From: the human T2T-CHM13v2.0 reference genome, Homo sapiens
DNA length: 64,000 nucleotides
Direction: 5' to 3' (one strand)
Assembly (NCBI RefSeq): GCF_009914755.1
Contig: NC_060939.1
Positions 13,931-27,526 of the stretch are shown here, in pieces. The position numbers were made by a program, and so were the translations under genes. The notes under the pieces are model-generated. The model was not told where the DNA came from. It saw only the letters and a program-made list of their open reading frames with translations, and searched no databases. How positions within the stretch are numbered: position 1 is the first letter of the stretch; every line of letters starts with the position of its first letter.

Positions 13931-14523
13931 TCGAAGGGATCAACATGGTATTCTATTTTACATCTCTAAACTAGTATTATTTCAAATAAAATTTTAAAAC
14001 AACTTGAAAGCAATAACATTATTCTGTTCTTTGAGGATGAATGAGATGCTTATTGGCATCCTTTTCCTTTCCCAAAACAGGACTACACATGCTCAGAAGT
14101 GCAGATAACTCATGCACAAGTGGAACTGAAACAGACAAACAGACTGCTATAGATTGTGAAAAAAACCAACATAGAAATGGAGGACCTAGAATAGTCTATA
14201 GAAACATCCCCACCCTGCTCAGTGCTTCATGGTACAATAACAGAAAGACTTTAAAGCAGTTAGAAGCAGCTAAGAGGGTGTGGAAGAAGTAAATTTCCTT
14301 AGTTCCAGTATCAATTTCTGGCTGTCTACAATCTGATTTAAAAACAGAAAATAAAGACTTTACAAAATTATAGCAAAACTGAAGATAGTTTTGAAATGTG
14401 CAAACAAACCTTATGATGAGGAAGTTATTGTTCTGACACAGACTGGTATGGGATAGAGGAAGAATCATAGGCAGATGATGAAGACCTAATATAACAAAGA
14501 AAGAGAGAGTCAAATCAAAACCA

Positions 14524-14626
14524 GTGCTTGCTCTGCAGCACATATACTAAAGTGGAAATGACACAGAGATTAGCATGGCCAGTCCACAAAGATAACATGC
14601 AAATTTCTGAAGTGTTCCATACTTTT
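14524..14626 (+). pseudogene. Full-length U6 snRNA retropseudogene
   Basis: GTGCTTGCTCTGCAGCACATATACTAAAGTGGAAATGACACAGAGATTAGCATGGCC...CATGCAAATTTCTGAAGTGTTCCATACTTTT is collinear with U6 from nt 1 to the oligo-U end, with many substitutions and small deletions. Confidence 0.95.
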
Positions 14627-17600
14627 CTGCCATCACAAAAAATATGAAATTATAGAACTCATTGGTAGAGCAGATACACAAATGAGAAAGAGAAAGGAAT
14701 CAAATATTATCACAACAGAAACCCAAAAACCTACAAAAGTAAACAATAAAAGAGGAAGAAAGAAACAATGGATATAAAAAAGAACCAGAAAACAACAAAA
14801 TGACAGGAGTGAGTCCTCACCTATCAATAAAAATCTTGAATGGAAATGGCTTAAATTACCTAATTAAAAGCATAGACTAGGTGAATGAATAAAAAATAAA
14901 CAAGACTCAACATTTGCTGCCTACAAGAAACCTACTTCACCTGTAAAGACACAATAGACCAAAAGGAAAGGAATGGAATAAGGTATTTTACACAAATGGA
15001 AGCAAAAAGTGAGCAGGAGTAGTAATTCTTATATCAGATAAAATAGATTTTAAGTCAAAAGCTGCGGAAAGAACAGGGAAGGCTATTATATGAGGAGATC
15101 AATTCAGCAAAAGGGACATAACAATTGTAAATACATATGCACTCAATGCTGGGGCACCCAGATATATAAAGCAAATACTATTATAGCCAAGGGGAAAGAT
15201 AGTCCAAAATACAATAATAGTTGGGGATTTTAACGCACCACTTTCAGCACTGAACAAATTATCTAGACAGAAAATCAACAAAGAAATATTGAAGTTAAAC
15301 TGCACTATAGAATATATGGACCTAACAGATATTTACAGAACAGTTCACCCAATAACTGCAGAATATACATTCTATTCATCAGCACATAGAACATTCTCTA
15401 GGATAGACCATATGTTGGGCCACAACACAAGTCTTAACAAATTGTAAAATACTGAATTTATATCTAGTATATTTTCAGACCACAATGGAATAAAACTAGA
15501 CATTGATAGTAAGAGGAACTTTGGAGATTGTACAAATCCATGGAAATTAAACAACACACTTCTGAACAACCAATGGGCCAATGAAGAAATTAAGAATGGA
15601 ATAAAATTTTTGAAACAAATAAAAAGAGAAACACAACATACTAAAACCTACAGCATAGAACAAAACTGGTACTAAAAAAAAGTTTATAGCAATAAATGCC
15701 TACATCAAGAAAAGGTATCAAATAAATAACCTAACAATGTGCCTCAAGGAACCAGAAAAGCAAAAACAAATCATCCTCAAAATTAGTAGAAGAAAACAAT
15801 AAAGATCAGAGCAGAACTAAATAAGAGAGAGACTTAAAAAGTACAAAAGCACAATAAAAGAAGTTAAAAAAAATAAGCAAAGTCACCAAACCATTAGCTA
15901 AAGTAAGAAAAATAAACAGAGAAGACTCAAATAAGTAAAATAAGAAACAAACAAAAACGATGACAACCGAGACTATAAAAAAAAAAGGATCATTACAGTT
16001 TATTATAAACAACTATACACCAACAAATAGGAAAATTTAAAGGAAACGAATACATTCCTCAACACATGCCACCTGCCAAGATTGAACCAAGAAGAAATGG
16101 AAACTCTGAACAGACCAATAACAAGTAATGAGACTGATCAGTAATATGACTCCCAACAAAGAAGAGCCCAGAACCAGATGGCTTTACTGTTGAGATCTAC
16201 CAAACTTTTGTAGGAGAATTAACACCAATCCTTTTCAAACTATTCCAAAAAATTAAAGAGGAGAGAATTTTTCCTCGCTCATTCTATGAGGCCAGCATTA
16301 CCCTGATATTAAAACCAGACAAGGAAATAGCAAAGAAAATGAAAACAACAGACTGATATTCCTGATAAATAATAGATGCAAAAATCCTCAACAAAATAAC
16401 AGCAAATCAAATCCAACAATACGCTAAAAAGATAACATACCAATATCAACTGGGATTTTTGCCAAGGATGCAAGGATAGCTCAACATACACAAATCAATA
16501 AACCTGATACATTACATCAATGCAATAAAAGACAAAAAACCATGGTTCTTTCAATAGATACAGAAGAAGCATTTGGCTAATTTCAACATCCCTTCATGAT
16601 AAAAACTCTCAACAAATTAAGCATTAAAAAAACCACAACACATTAGAAGCCATGTATGACAGATTCACAGCTGGCATCATAGTGAACAGAGAAGCTAAAA
16701 CTCTTTTTTCCAAGAACTGGAACAAAAGAATGCCTATTTTACCACTTTTATTCAGCTTACTATTGGGAGTTCTAGCTAAAGCATTTAATCAAGAGGAAAA
16801 AGTAAAGGTCATCCAAATTGGAAAAGAGGAAGTCAAATTGTCTTTGTTTGCAGATGACATGATCTTATATATAGAAAAACTTAAATACTTCATCCAAAAA
16901 ACTCTTAGAACTGATAAATTACTTAAAGTTGTAGGACACAAAAACAACACACAAAAGTGAATAGCATTTCTATATATAAATAATGAAGTAGTTGAAAAAG
17001 AACTCAAAAAGCAATCTCATTTATAATAGTTTAAAAAATATCTAGGAATAAATTTAACCAAGGAGGTGAAAGTCTCTACAATAATAACTACAAAACATGA
17101 ATGATAGAAATCAAAGGAGACACAGATAAATAAAAATACATTTCATGCTCATGAATTGGAAAAATTATTATGGAAAAAATTAGGAAAAATGAGCAGGCTA
17201 CCCAAAGCAATCTGCAGACTCAATGTTATATCTATCAAAATGCTATTGACATTTTACACAGAAATTTAAATAAATTCTAAAATTTGTATGGAACCACAAA
17301 AGACTCTAAATAGCCATAACAATACTGAGCAAAAAGAACAATGTTGAAGGTTTCACATTACCTGATTTCAAAATATACTACAAAGTTATAATAATCAAAA
17401 TAGCAAGGTATTGATATAAAAACAGAAACATGGACCAAAGGAACAGAATAGGAAAATGAAAAATAAATCCACATATTTACAAAGGTGCCACTGACATACA
17501 TTGAAAAAGGACACCCTCTTCAATAAAAGGTGCTGGAAAAAGTGGATATCCATATGCAGAAGAATGAAACTGGATTTTTATCAGTATACACAAAAATCAA

Positions 17601-18845
17601 CTCAAATTGTATTAAAGACTTAAATGTATTACCCGAAACTATAAAACTACTAGAAAAAAATACAGGGGAAACACCTCAGGACATTGGTCTAGGCAAAGAT
17701 TTTATGGCTAAGACTAAAAGCACTGGGAACAAAAACAAAAATAGACAAATTCGGTTTTATTAAACAAAAAAGCTTCTGCACAGCATAGGAAACAATCAAG
17801 ACTGAAGAGAAAACCTGAAGGAGAGAATATATGTGCAAACTATTCATTTAACTGGGGACTAATATCTGGAATATAAAAGGAACTTAAGCAATTCAACAGA
17901 AAAAAAATTTAATGTGGACATAGGATCTGAACAGACATTTCTTAATATAAGACATTTGACCAACAAATAAATATATGAAACAATAACAAACCTCACTAAT
18001 CATCAAGAAAATTCAAATCAAAACCACAATGTCATCTTATCCCAGTTGTTACGTCTATTATGAAAAAGACAGTAAATGCCTATCAGGAGGCGGAGGAAAG
18101 AGAACTCATACGCTGTTGGTGGGAAGGGAAACTGGTATAGCGTTATGGGAAAAAGTACGGAGGTTTCTCAAAAAATGAAGAATAGAACTACCTATGATTC
18201 AGCAATCCCACTACTGGATATTTATCCAAAGGAAATGAAATCAGTATATCAAAGGGATTTGTGCACCCTCAAGTTTATTGCAGCACTATTCACCATGGTT
18301 AAGATATGGAATCAACCTAAATATCAATAGACAAATGAATAAACAAAATATGGTATACATACCCAATTGAATATTAATAAAAACGAATAAAATCCTGTAA
18401 TTTGGGAAACACAGATGAGCCTGGAGGACATTATGTTAAATTGAGTAAGCAAGGTGCATAAAAGAAATACTGCGTGTTTTCACTCATATGTGAGAGCCAG
18501 AAAAATTTAGATCATAGAAGTAGAATGTAGAATTGTGGTTATTAAAGCCTAGAAAGAGTAGTGGGGAGGGGAGGATAGGGAGAGATTGGTTAACAAATGT
18601 AAATTTACAGCTAGCTGGGAGGTACGAATTCTGGTGTTCTGCAGCATGGTAGGGTGAATACATTTAACTGTAACTTACTGTATAGTCTAAAAAAGCTAGA
18701 AGAGAAGATTTTCGATGTTCCCAACACAAAGAAATGTTAAATATTTCAAGTAATGAATATATTAATTACTCAACTATTACTCAACTTTCTACTCCATAAA
18801 TACTTGCAATTATTTATGTGCCAATTAAAATAAAGGAAGAAAAAT
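14627..18845 (+). mobile_element. 5'-truncated L1 (L1MA4/5-like 3' UTR), fused to the U6 copy
   Basis: Inter-ORF spacer, ORF2 start ATGACAGGAGTGAGTCCTCAC at 14800, RT motif LFADDMILY (ORF 16652-16960), L1MA-type 3' UTR and A-rich end. Confidence 0.95.
14800..18500 (+). pseudogene. Decayed L1 ORF2 (endonuclease/reverse transcriptase) with many stops and frameshifts
   Basis: Fragments [55 protein letters not shown] and FIAALFT..KIWNQPK are recognisable ORF2p segments. Confidence 0.92.
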
Positions 18846-19696
18846 AGGGCAGGTACCACCATGGCTACAGTATTTGCAGAGGACAGAATGAAGAGCAACT
18901 CCAAAACCGAATGTGTTTATAACTTTGTAGTTTTAGCACTTAAATGTTAATAATACAATACAATTGGGTAATTAGAATGGAGTTGATTCTGGGTGTTAGC
19001 CATTATTAATAATAGTTTCATTGTCTTTAAACAGCTCTTAAGAAATTCCTTTCATTACCATCAAAGAGAAGCATGTGAAATTGGTGAACCTAGTCAACAC
19101 TTTCTGAAATTATTCCAGGGCTAACAGCGGGTAGAAAAGAAAAATAAATAAATAAAAAACCTGTTAGATAATTATACATATAATTATTAGGAGGACTTAT
19201 TAATTGCCGGTATGCTATCTATACATTACCTAAGCTAATTTTCTTAAAAAATGAAAAAAACCTTTTTTTCAACTATTTTTCATTTTTCTTTTTAAAAACA
19301 CTTTCTTAAGAGAAACTCATAAAAGCTTAAATGCTATTGCTATTCTTAGAAGGACTTTAGAAGTCATTATCTTATACTATTTTCACGAATAGCAGGAGCA
19401 CTAGATACTTTAAGAGTCTTTGCTTATATTTTTATTTTAATATTCAATTCATGAAAGATTTATGTGTTTCATATAATCATTGATACTCTGAGTGCCAAGA
19501 CATTCCTAAAGGTGGCCGGCCTTGAAAACAGGTCTGCTTTACCTTGTGACTCTAATTTAGCATGTGCCTTTCAAATGAATGTGTTTAATTCATGTCTTTT
19601 CTTTTTTTTTTTCATATTATCAACTGTAATTTCAAGGAATATCAAAAGAGCACTGAGAAGTATTTTTTATACTTTAAAGTCCTCAGATGGTTTAAG

Positions 19697-19875
19697 ATAT
19701 ACATATATCTTATTTTATATAATTGATTTATAATTATATATAATATAATTATATATTATTATATAAATATATAATAATTTATATATACATAATTATATAT
19801 AATTTATGATATATAATTTATAATAATTTATATATAATTATGTATATATAAATTATATATATTTATATATTAAAT
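19697..19875. repeat. AT-rich (TA/TATAAT)n low-complexity tract
   Basis: ~180 bp of almost pure A/T. Confidence 0.95.
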
Positions 19876-21944
19876 TCCTGAGTAGGTCTTTTGAAAATTA
19901 ACTAATTCCATTTAATGTATACATTTGACAACCAAAGTAGACCAACAAATCTGTATCTAGAGGATGTCATATTGCCTGAATATGTCTTTTAAAAATTATG
20001 GCAAGTATTGTGTTTGATTATCTGGATTTTTTTCCACTCACACGACCAGTAATTTTTGGCAGGGAGAGATGACTCATGAAATTTAATGGCAGCTCATAAT
20101 AAATTTATCAAAAATATCAAGGTTTTCTGAGAAAAAGGCCATAAAAATTCAATCTAAATGTTCAAATTTAAAGAAAAAAATATGACACTTTCAATTACAT
20201 CTTTAATTTAAGAAGTCTAGTTAATGTGCTACTTGGAGTATATGAGGAATCTTTAGAATTCTGATATTCATTCATCCCTCAAATCTTAAATGATTAAATG
20301 ACTATTGTGAACAAAACATCATAAGTATGTACCTGTTCTTTAACCCTTGGGGTAACAATATACAAAATGAATTAAGTCAGGAATTGTACATGTTTTTAAT
20401 ATGGAATTTTATTTATTATTCACCCCTACTGAACATGAAAAATATTTACCCTGTAGGGTATTACAAGTAAATACTTCATTGGTTGTAGAAGTCTAAATTC
20501 TGGTGAGCTATGCAGAAAACAAACAAATGTATATCTTTACTTCATTATATGCTATATAAAAATGTGGATAAGTGTATCTTGATAGATCAGAGACTGATGG
20601 TATTCAACATAGCTTCCTGTGTGCTTTAAATTGCAACATAAGGGAAATAACTATTGCACACAATTCTTTCAGAGAAAAGATAAGGCAACTTGATCCCATA
20701 ATATAGCACTTTTCTTGAAGCTAAATTTAAAAGACCTAAGGCAGACAAAAAGGGAGAGATGTGTAGTGAATATAAATGAGGCGATACCTGGTTTTATATA
20801 ACAATATTTAAGAGAGAGGGTGCAGTGCTATGTCCACAGATTTAAGCTAAGGACCTTCTATGCACATTTTTTCCCGTCTTGTTTTCTGAGAAAAAGAATT
20901 ACATGCCAGAAAGCTGACAATAATAGAAGTATTTGGGAATTTGGTGCTTTTATCTTAAAAATAACATCTAAGAGAAATGAAAAGGCTGCTTTTTTATCTG
21001 CGCAAAAGCAAATTCAAAAGATTATTACTTTTTATCCTCTTGGTGATATTGCCATAGGCTTTAATTAAATATTTCTCTCCTGGCACCCACCCTTTACATT
21101 TATGACTAAGAGTGCTTGAGGAAGAATGGGAGTCCACTGAGCAGGTCACAATCTTAAAGCTCCTCTGACTCTTATTAGTAAAGTGTTAAAAACAAAAATC
21201 TGGAGAAGGATGCATATAAAAGTGACAATGTCCACTGCAAGAAATGGAGGAATTCCAAAGTCAGCAGTTGTCAGCATTAATATTACTGTACACCAAGGAA
21301 TAGGATCACATTAAATATCATCTTTCCTTTCTGGTACAGCCTAATAAGTTTAGGTTAGTTCTACTATGAAATCTTAAAAACAAATAGCCCTTTGCCGGAA
21401 TATAAGTAGCTCAGGAAAACAGAATATATTGTCTCCCTCAAGGATAAAGAGAGCCCACAAGTAATCTGCAGTGCCTCAGCTGTTTTTTTCTCATCTTAGG
21501 TCTTTGAAAATGTTAGGTCTTGAAGGGATCAATTTGCTCTCAAGTGTGTTTTCTCAACACCTAGACATTGGTTTGAAAATTGGCATGTTTAAAACTTTGA
21601 AAGAAGAGAATATCCTTCTACAATTTTCTGTTCCTTCAATTCTGGTCACAGTTCTGCTATGAATGTGTTCTTGTCCAGACTCCCCAGGGATTGATGCTTT
21701 TGAACAATGGAGATACCAAGAGTCAGTTAGGTTGAGATTTAGTTAAAATCCTGTGTGTTAGTAGCTGTGTGGTTTGTGGGCGTGCTGGTGAAGAGGCACT
21801 TTTTAGCACTGCTAGCTAATCAATATAACTAAAACATAGAATGTTTATTAGGATCAGTGTTTCACTGGTATTTGCAGCCCTGTCTCACTTTAGGCATTAC
21901 TTGTAGTGATCTTAATGTGACTTCAATGATTATCACAATTGTGA

Positions 21945-22475
<531 letters not shown>

Positions 22476-22544
22476 TAGAACTTTGCCTCTCTATTCCATT
22501 AGTACCGCTGTATCTATATCCCCAGTGTTGTTCTCTAACACATC

Positions 22545-22725
22545 TCTCTTTTGCTTCCTCCTTTCCTTTCTGCCCTTGCCCTTTCTCTCTTCTCCCTTCC
22601 TTCCCTCCTTTTCTCCTTCCCTTTCTTTCTTCCATATATTCCATGTGTATTAATAAAATATATAGTATATAGTATATATGTGTATGTGTATACTGTGTAC
22701 TTATATATGTGAATTAATATATTTA
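22545..22725. repeat. CT-rich tract followed by (TA/TG)-rich tract
   Basis: Direct inspection. Confidence 0.8.
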
Positions 22726-24697
22726 TAACTGGCAAATAATTCCTCTTAGGAAGATGAAAATTCTGTATGTGTATATGGAGTTAGCTGGTAAGCCTGTGCT
22801 ATACCTGGAAATGGAAATAACTGTTTTGCATAAGAAACGGGAAGGGATCTTTAATTGCCTTTAATTATTTGACATCAAGAAAGAGGGGAAGATGAAAGAG
22901 GAGAGAGGAAGTTGGGGAAGTGAACCTGGACCAATGAGACTGTGGTCTACCCAAATTCCATGATTTGATTACTACCTTAGATTCCCTCCAAAATGTTCAA
23001 TAAAGTTTTTTTAAAAAGATGAAAGCAAATTGATTTCTAGTGGAAACTGATGAAGGATCTGAACTAAGTATCCAGTGTTCTGTGGGGCAGCAAACAAAAG
23101 GAGCTGGAGCAAGGAGCCAGAGAAAAACATTAAAAAACTAGTTTTCAAAACATAAAACAAAAAAGATTTTGAAGGTTGCTGGGAAGCTTTGCTTTTCAAA
23201 CACCAATAGAATAGGGTTGGGACCAACTTCAGGTACATCTCCAAGTACTGGGACCTTAACTAACATTTTCGTTTCTTTCCTTTCCTCCCTATCTTCCTTC
23301 CTGCTTTTTTTCTGTCATTTTTTTTTTCATTTTTTCCTTACTTTCTTTTTTCCCTCTTTTCTTCCTTCTCTCTGTTTTTCTCTTCTCTACCTAACAATTT
23401 TTAGAAATACATAAAATACAATCAAAATTTTAAATACATATTTAAAATAAAGTAGAAGAAACTCCCGATTAAATAGAAAAAAAGGTAGAGTGAGATGTAT
23501 CCCCAGATACCCCAGATACACTGGTTATAAAAGTATTTTTATACAGTTATACTAGAATTATGCTATAAATTTTAATGTGAGCTTCCTCTTGACAAAAGCA
23601 ATAAAAGGTAATAAGTGTTTATAAGATTAATATTGAACATAAGAGAATTGTGTATCATTTTGTGAAATGCATACATTTTGCTCTTATTACTTATCTTAAT
23701 AGTGACCTGATTATAAAAAGTTGCAAAATTTTACTGTTTGCTTATGCAATATGGTAGAAACTCAATGCTTTTCCAGATGCTTTGACATGTTGGCCAAGGT
23801 GACTAGCCTCTTACAGTTTGGAAAAAATTTCCACTCCCATATGTATGTTAGTGCATCCCTGATTACAGGACCAGGAAGGGCAGATACTCTGTTGGAAAGC
23901 TCTTTAAGAATTTAAGACAGTTACATTGTTTAGCTTCCTTCTTCAGAGTGTGTCACCACCATTTCATCTATTTTGAGTTTTTAGGATGCAGTGGACTGAA
24001 AGTCTAATTCTATGTTTAAATCTGTGTTTAATATATTGTTGATATTTTAAGCCATTTTCAGTTTTGTAATTCTTAACCAGAAAATAATTCTGTGGCAAAC
24101 AAAGCATTTCTTTAAAGTGACCATCGAGGTTCTAATCTATAGGTAGAAATATAAAACAGATTGTTTTCTATATTTAGAGGACAAAGTAGTCACTGCACAG
24201 TGTAAAAATGCACTAAGAAATAAATCCCATCAATTTTTTTTTTTTTACAAAGAAACAAAATTTAGAATCTCACATGAGCTTTCTGTAAAGCTATTACACT
24301 TGAGTGCTAGGTAATATTGCAACCACAGCACTTTTTGATGGTTTATGGGAATTCTCTACAATCTTAAATTCTTTCAACTTAAATTGCACTTCAAAGTTTC
24401 ATTCATATCCAGTAAAAATGATATATTTTTCAACTGGGAATGAATTATTCAGATAACGGTGTTAGTGTGGAACCAAGGAGCTGTAGCATTAGCATAAAGA
24501 TTTCCCTGTCTTACATTAATTGCTAAAATTGAAAACAAACACAAAAGATAGTGAGTTGGAGATCTTTTTTGTTAAATTAAATAAAGTCTTTTATGGTAAC
24601 CTTTACATCAGATTTTTAATCATGGAACATGGTTCCTGGGGGATTATAAACTATTTCATCTTGTTTATTAATGATAGTAATGCAAAAACTATGGTGG

Positions 24698-24978
24698 TTT
24701 TTTTTTTGAGACGGAGTCTCGCTGTTGCCCAGGCTGGAGTGCAGTGGCCTGATCTCTGCTCACTGCAGGCTCCGCCCCCCGGGGTTCACGCCATTCTCCT
24801 GCCTCAGCCTCCCAAGTAGCTGGGACTACAGGCGCCCGCCACCTCGCCCGGCTAATTTTTTGTAGAGATGGGGTTTCACTGTGTTAGCCAGGATGGCCTC
24901 GATCTCCTGACCTCGTGATCCGCCTGCCTCGGCCTCCCAAAGTGCTGGGATTACAGGCGTGAGCCACTGCGCCCAGCC
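24698..24978 (-). mobile_element. AluY (Ye5-like diagnostics) with shortened central linker
   Basis: CpG-rich; reverse strand reads GAACCCCGGGGGGCGGAGCCTGCAG and GGCGAGGTGGCGGG; TSD AAAAACTATG at 24684-24693 and 24979-24988. Confidence 0.95.
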
Positions 24979-25384
24979 AAAAACTATGTTTTTATGCAGA
25001 CTTAACAATTGTTTAGGGTGGTGGTTTGAATTTTTTTTGGTCTTATGTAAATTATTCAAATGGCATACTTAAAAAAAAAGTAATCCATATATTTGTGTAT
25101 CATTTTGTTGTATTTTGTCCCTGAAAGATGTTGATTTGTAAGAGGCAGCTTATAAATGCTTTGATTGAAATTTATAAGAAACACAGCATCAAATAGTGAT
25201 TTCTTCAATAAAGATATCCTGATTGAAGCATACAAAATGCATCATTGATTTAAAATGTCATGATTTAATGCTTAATATGTGCCAGATAAAACATTAGACA
25301 GTGTGAAAGATGGAGAGATAAATATAACATGATTTACAGAAAACACAATTTATTTGGAAAGAAACTATAAAAAGAGAGGCAAAT

Positions 25385-25695
25385 TCCAGGGGAAGGATTA
25401 GCTTTCAAGCTTACTCACATGGATATTGGCAAGCCTCAGCAAAAGACAGATAAAGAGAAAGAGGAAAGAGAGAACACTCCAGAGTGGGCTCCCAAGGAGA
25501 AAGTTATCTTCCTATCACTTAATATCAGAAGCAACAACTTAATATCGGAAGCAACAGTTTATCATCATTACAGTATTATATTTTTTGAGAAGTGAGTCAA
25601 TTAGTCCAGCCCACACTCCTAGGGACGGGATTATACAAGTGTGAATACTTGGAGACAGGTCTCAATGGGGACCATTTTACAGGCTGCTTCTCACA
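25385..25695 (-). mobile_element. MLT1F/G/H-like MaLR LTR fragment
   Basis: AGTGAGTCAATTAGTCCAGCCCACACTC...GTGTGAATACTTGGAG...GGGGACCATTTT..AGGCTGCTTCTCACA; internal 20-bp tandem duplication 25517-25556. Confidence 0.75.
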
Positions 25696-25964
25696 GGCTT
25701 ATATATTGTGGCAGCCCTTGCAAGTTAGAGTACAGCTACGTCAGACTTCCCCAGATCCCAAGGGAAAATAAAGAGAAGATAAATGTAACACAGTAAATAC
25801 TTTTTAAAAATCAAATAATGAAACAAGCAAACAAAACAACCCTGCAGATGTGAAGTATTTGGGAAAGTCCCATTCTTACCAGCTATTTACAATTCAACCC
25901 AAGAGAAGGTTTTTTGAACCACTGATGGAATATGGTTAATCTTTGTGAACCAATATGATGCCAG

Positions 25965-26447
25965 ATATTTTTAACTTAATAAAACTGAGGAAAAAATGAA
26001 CGTTTTATGTGAGGAATGCAAGCCCCTTTGAACTACTGACCTAGAGAGGAATTGGAATGAAAGAGCAGTCGAGTCCCACATCTCCCCTTAAGCTAAATAA
26101 ATACCTCTCGAAGCCGCTATCATGCTATTTGGGCTTTCAACTAACTGTTGCTAAGTAGCCACAAAATGCTATGTGCTGGACAATGTAACTTAAACTTTGT
26201 AGCTCAGCAACGTATAGCCTATCACTAATCAGTGTTCCTGTAAACCAATGAGTATTCATTCCTATGAGCAACTTTTGTAATCACTCCCTCTCCTGATTCA
26301 TCCATTTTTTCTTTAAAAACTTGAGCCTCTCTTGTTTTCCAGAACACTTGCCTAGGCAACTTGGAAGTGTTTTCCCAGGCAGCTGTCCTCAACCCTGGTC
26401 TAAATAAATTATATTAATTTTGCTTAATTTCTCCCTTTAGGTCAACA
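25965..26447 (+). mobile_element. ERV1 (MER4-group) solo LTR
   Basis: CCAATG, CTTTAAAAACTTG, GGCAACTTGGAAGTG..TCCCAGG..GTCCTCAACC, AATAAA, terminal GGTCAACA; 5' boundary approximate. Confidence 0.7.
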
Positions 26448-26596
26448 AAACAAAGAACAAAGAGAAAGGTGGTGGTCATAGTGCTACACTGTTGGGTCAT
26501 CAGCTCGTGATTCTTTCAAAGAAGAATCTTTTGAAGATTTTTCTTTGATCTTGAGGTTCCGTACTTGTCGTTATAGAATATTGCTTTTCCTTATAA

Positions 26597-26760
26597 GAGA
26601 GGCATGTGATAAAATAGAAAGCACAGCACATTTGGATTTAGAAGACGTGACCTCTAAATCTGGTCCCACCTCTTACCAGCTAAGCTGCATGACCTGAGAC
26701 AACTCACTTTTTTTTACATCCAGTTTCCTCAAGTGTAAAATGGATAGAATAATGCAAAAC
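26597..26760 (+). mobile_element. MIR SINE
   Basis: GAGGCATGTGATAAAATAGAAAG...GCTGCATGACCTGAGACAACTCACTT...CAGTTTCCTCAAGTGTAAAATGG. Confidence 0.8.
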
Positions 26761-27480
26761 TATTCATTGCTATGCATTGCATGTGCCAAAAGCTATGGGA
26801 TCTTAGAGAAAGGAGATGAGGATATTGACCACTAGTGAGGACTGTGGGATGAGTGTGGGGCTTGAGAGGAGTGGAAAAGTTGTGGCCAGGTGGTGTGGAA
26901 AATTAAATACAGAGCCATCCAGGTATTGGAGAGCATGATTGATGCCCCTAGTGAGGCTGGGTAATGTGGGTTTATTGTGAAGCCAAAGAGAACAACTCTA
27001 TAGCTTTTGGCAGCTTTTTCAATGGTCTGGAAACAGGAATACTAATTGTAAATGGTGGGGTTTGCCTAGATTTAGGATTGGCAAGAAAAAAGAACGGGAG
27101 ACCAAGGAAGTATGATAATCCAGGGTGTTAATGAGTAGGAAAATGTGGTCTCTTGGGGTAAGCCTTTCCAATTGTTACATTTGAATAGAGAACTTTAAAG
27201 CTACTGCAGATGCAGCTCACGGAGACCTCGTATGTCCAAAAACATGGTCCGTGTGGCCAGACATCTGTTCTCTGTTCCCATTTATGGCTCTAACACATGG
27301 CAAATCATTTAGAATATACTGGTATAGACTTAATCTAAGAGGCTGAAAAAGCACTTGACTAGTTACAGGCAAAATTAGTTATTTTATTTTTTATGTATTA
27401 TACATCTCTTCTCTGTGCCCTTCTCAGTTTCATTGAAGGTCCCATACCTTTTGCCCACATATAGGGTTCTTGCAAGTCTC

Positions 27481-27483
<3 letters not shown>

Positions 27484-27523
<40 letters not shown>
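27484..27523. repeat. (T)40 homopolymer
   Basis: Perfect run with no adjacent Alu or L1 body. Confidence 0.97.

Positions 27524-27526
<3 letters not shown>

Noticed and set aside
14524-14626. Functional U6 snRNA gene
   Set aside because: Many substitutions, a 3-nt deletion next to the ACAGAGA box, no recognisable upstream PSE/TATA, and direct fusion to L1
14800-18500. Active or domesticated L1 ORF2
   Set aside because: Fragmented into short ORFs (longest ~100 aa) by stops and frameshifts
25517-25556. Direct repeats as a CRISPR-like or functional array
   Set aside because: Simple two-copy tandem duplication inside an MLT1 LTR with no spacers; similar slippage duplications occur at ~3548, ~18766 and ~46357
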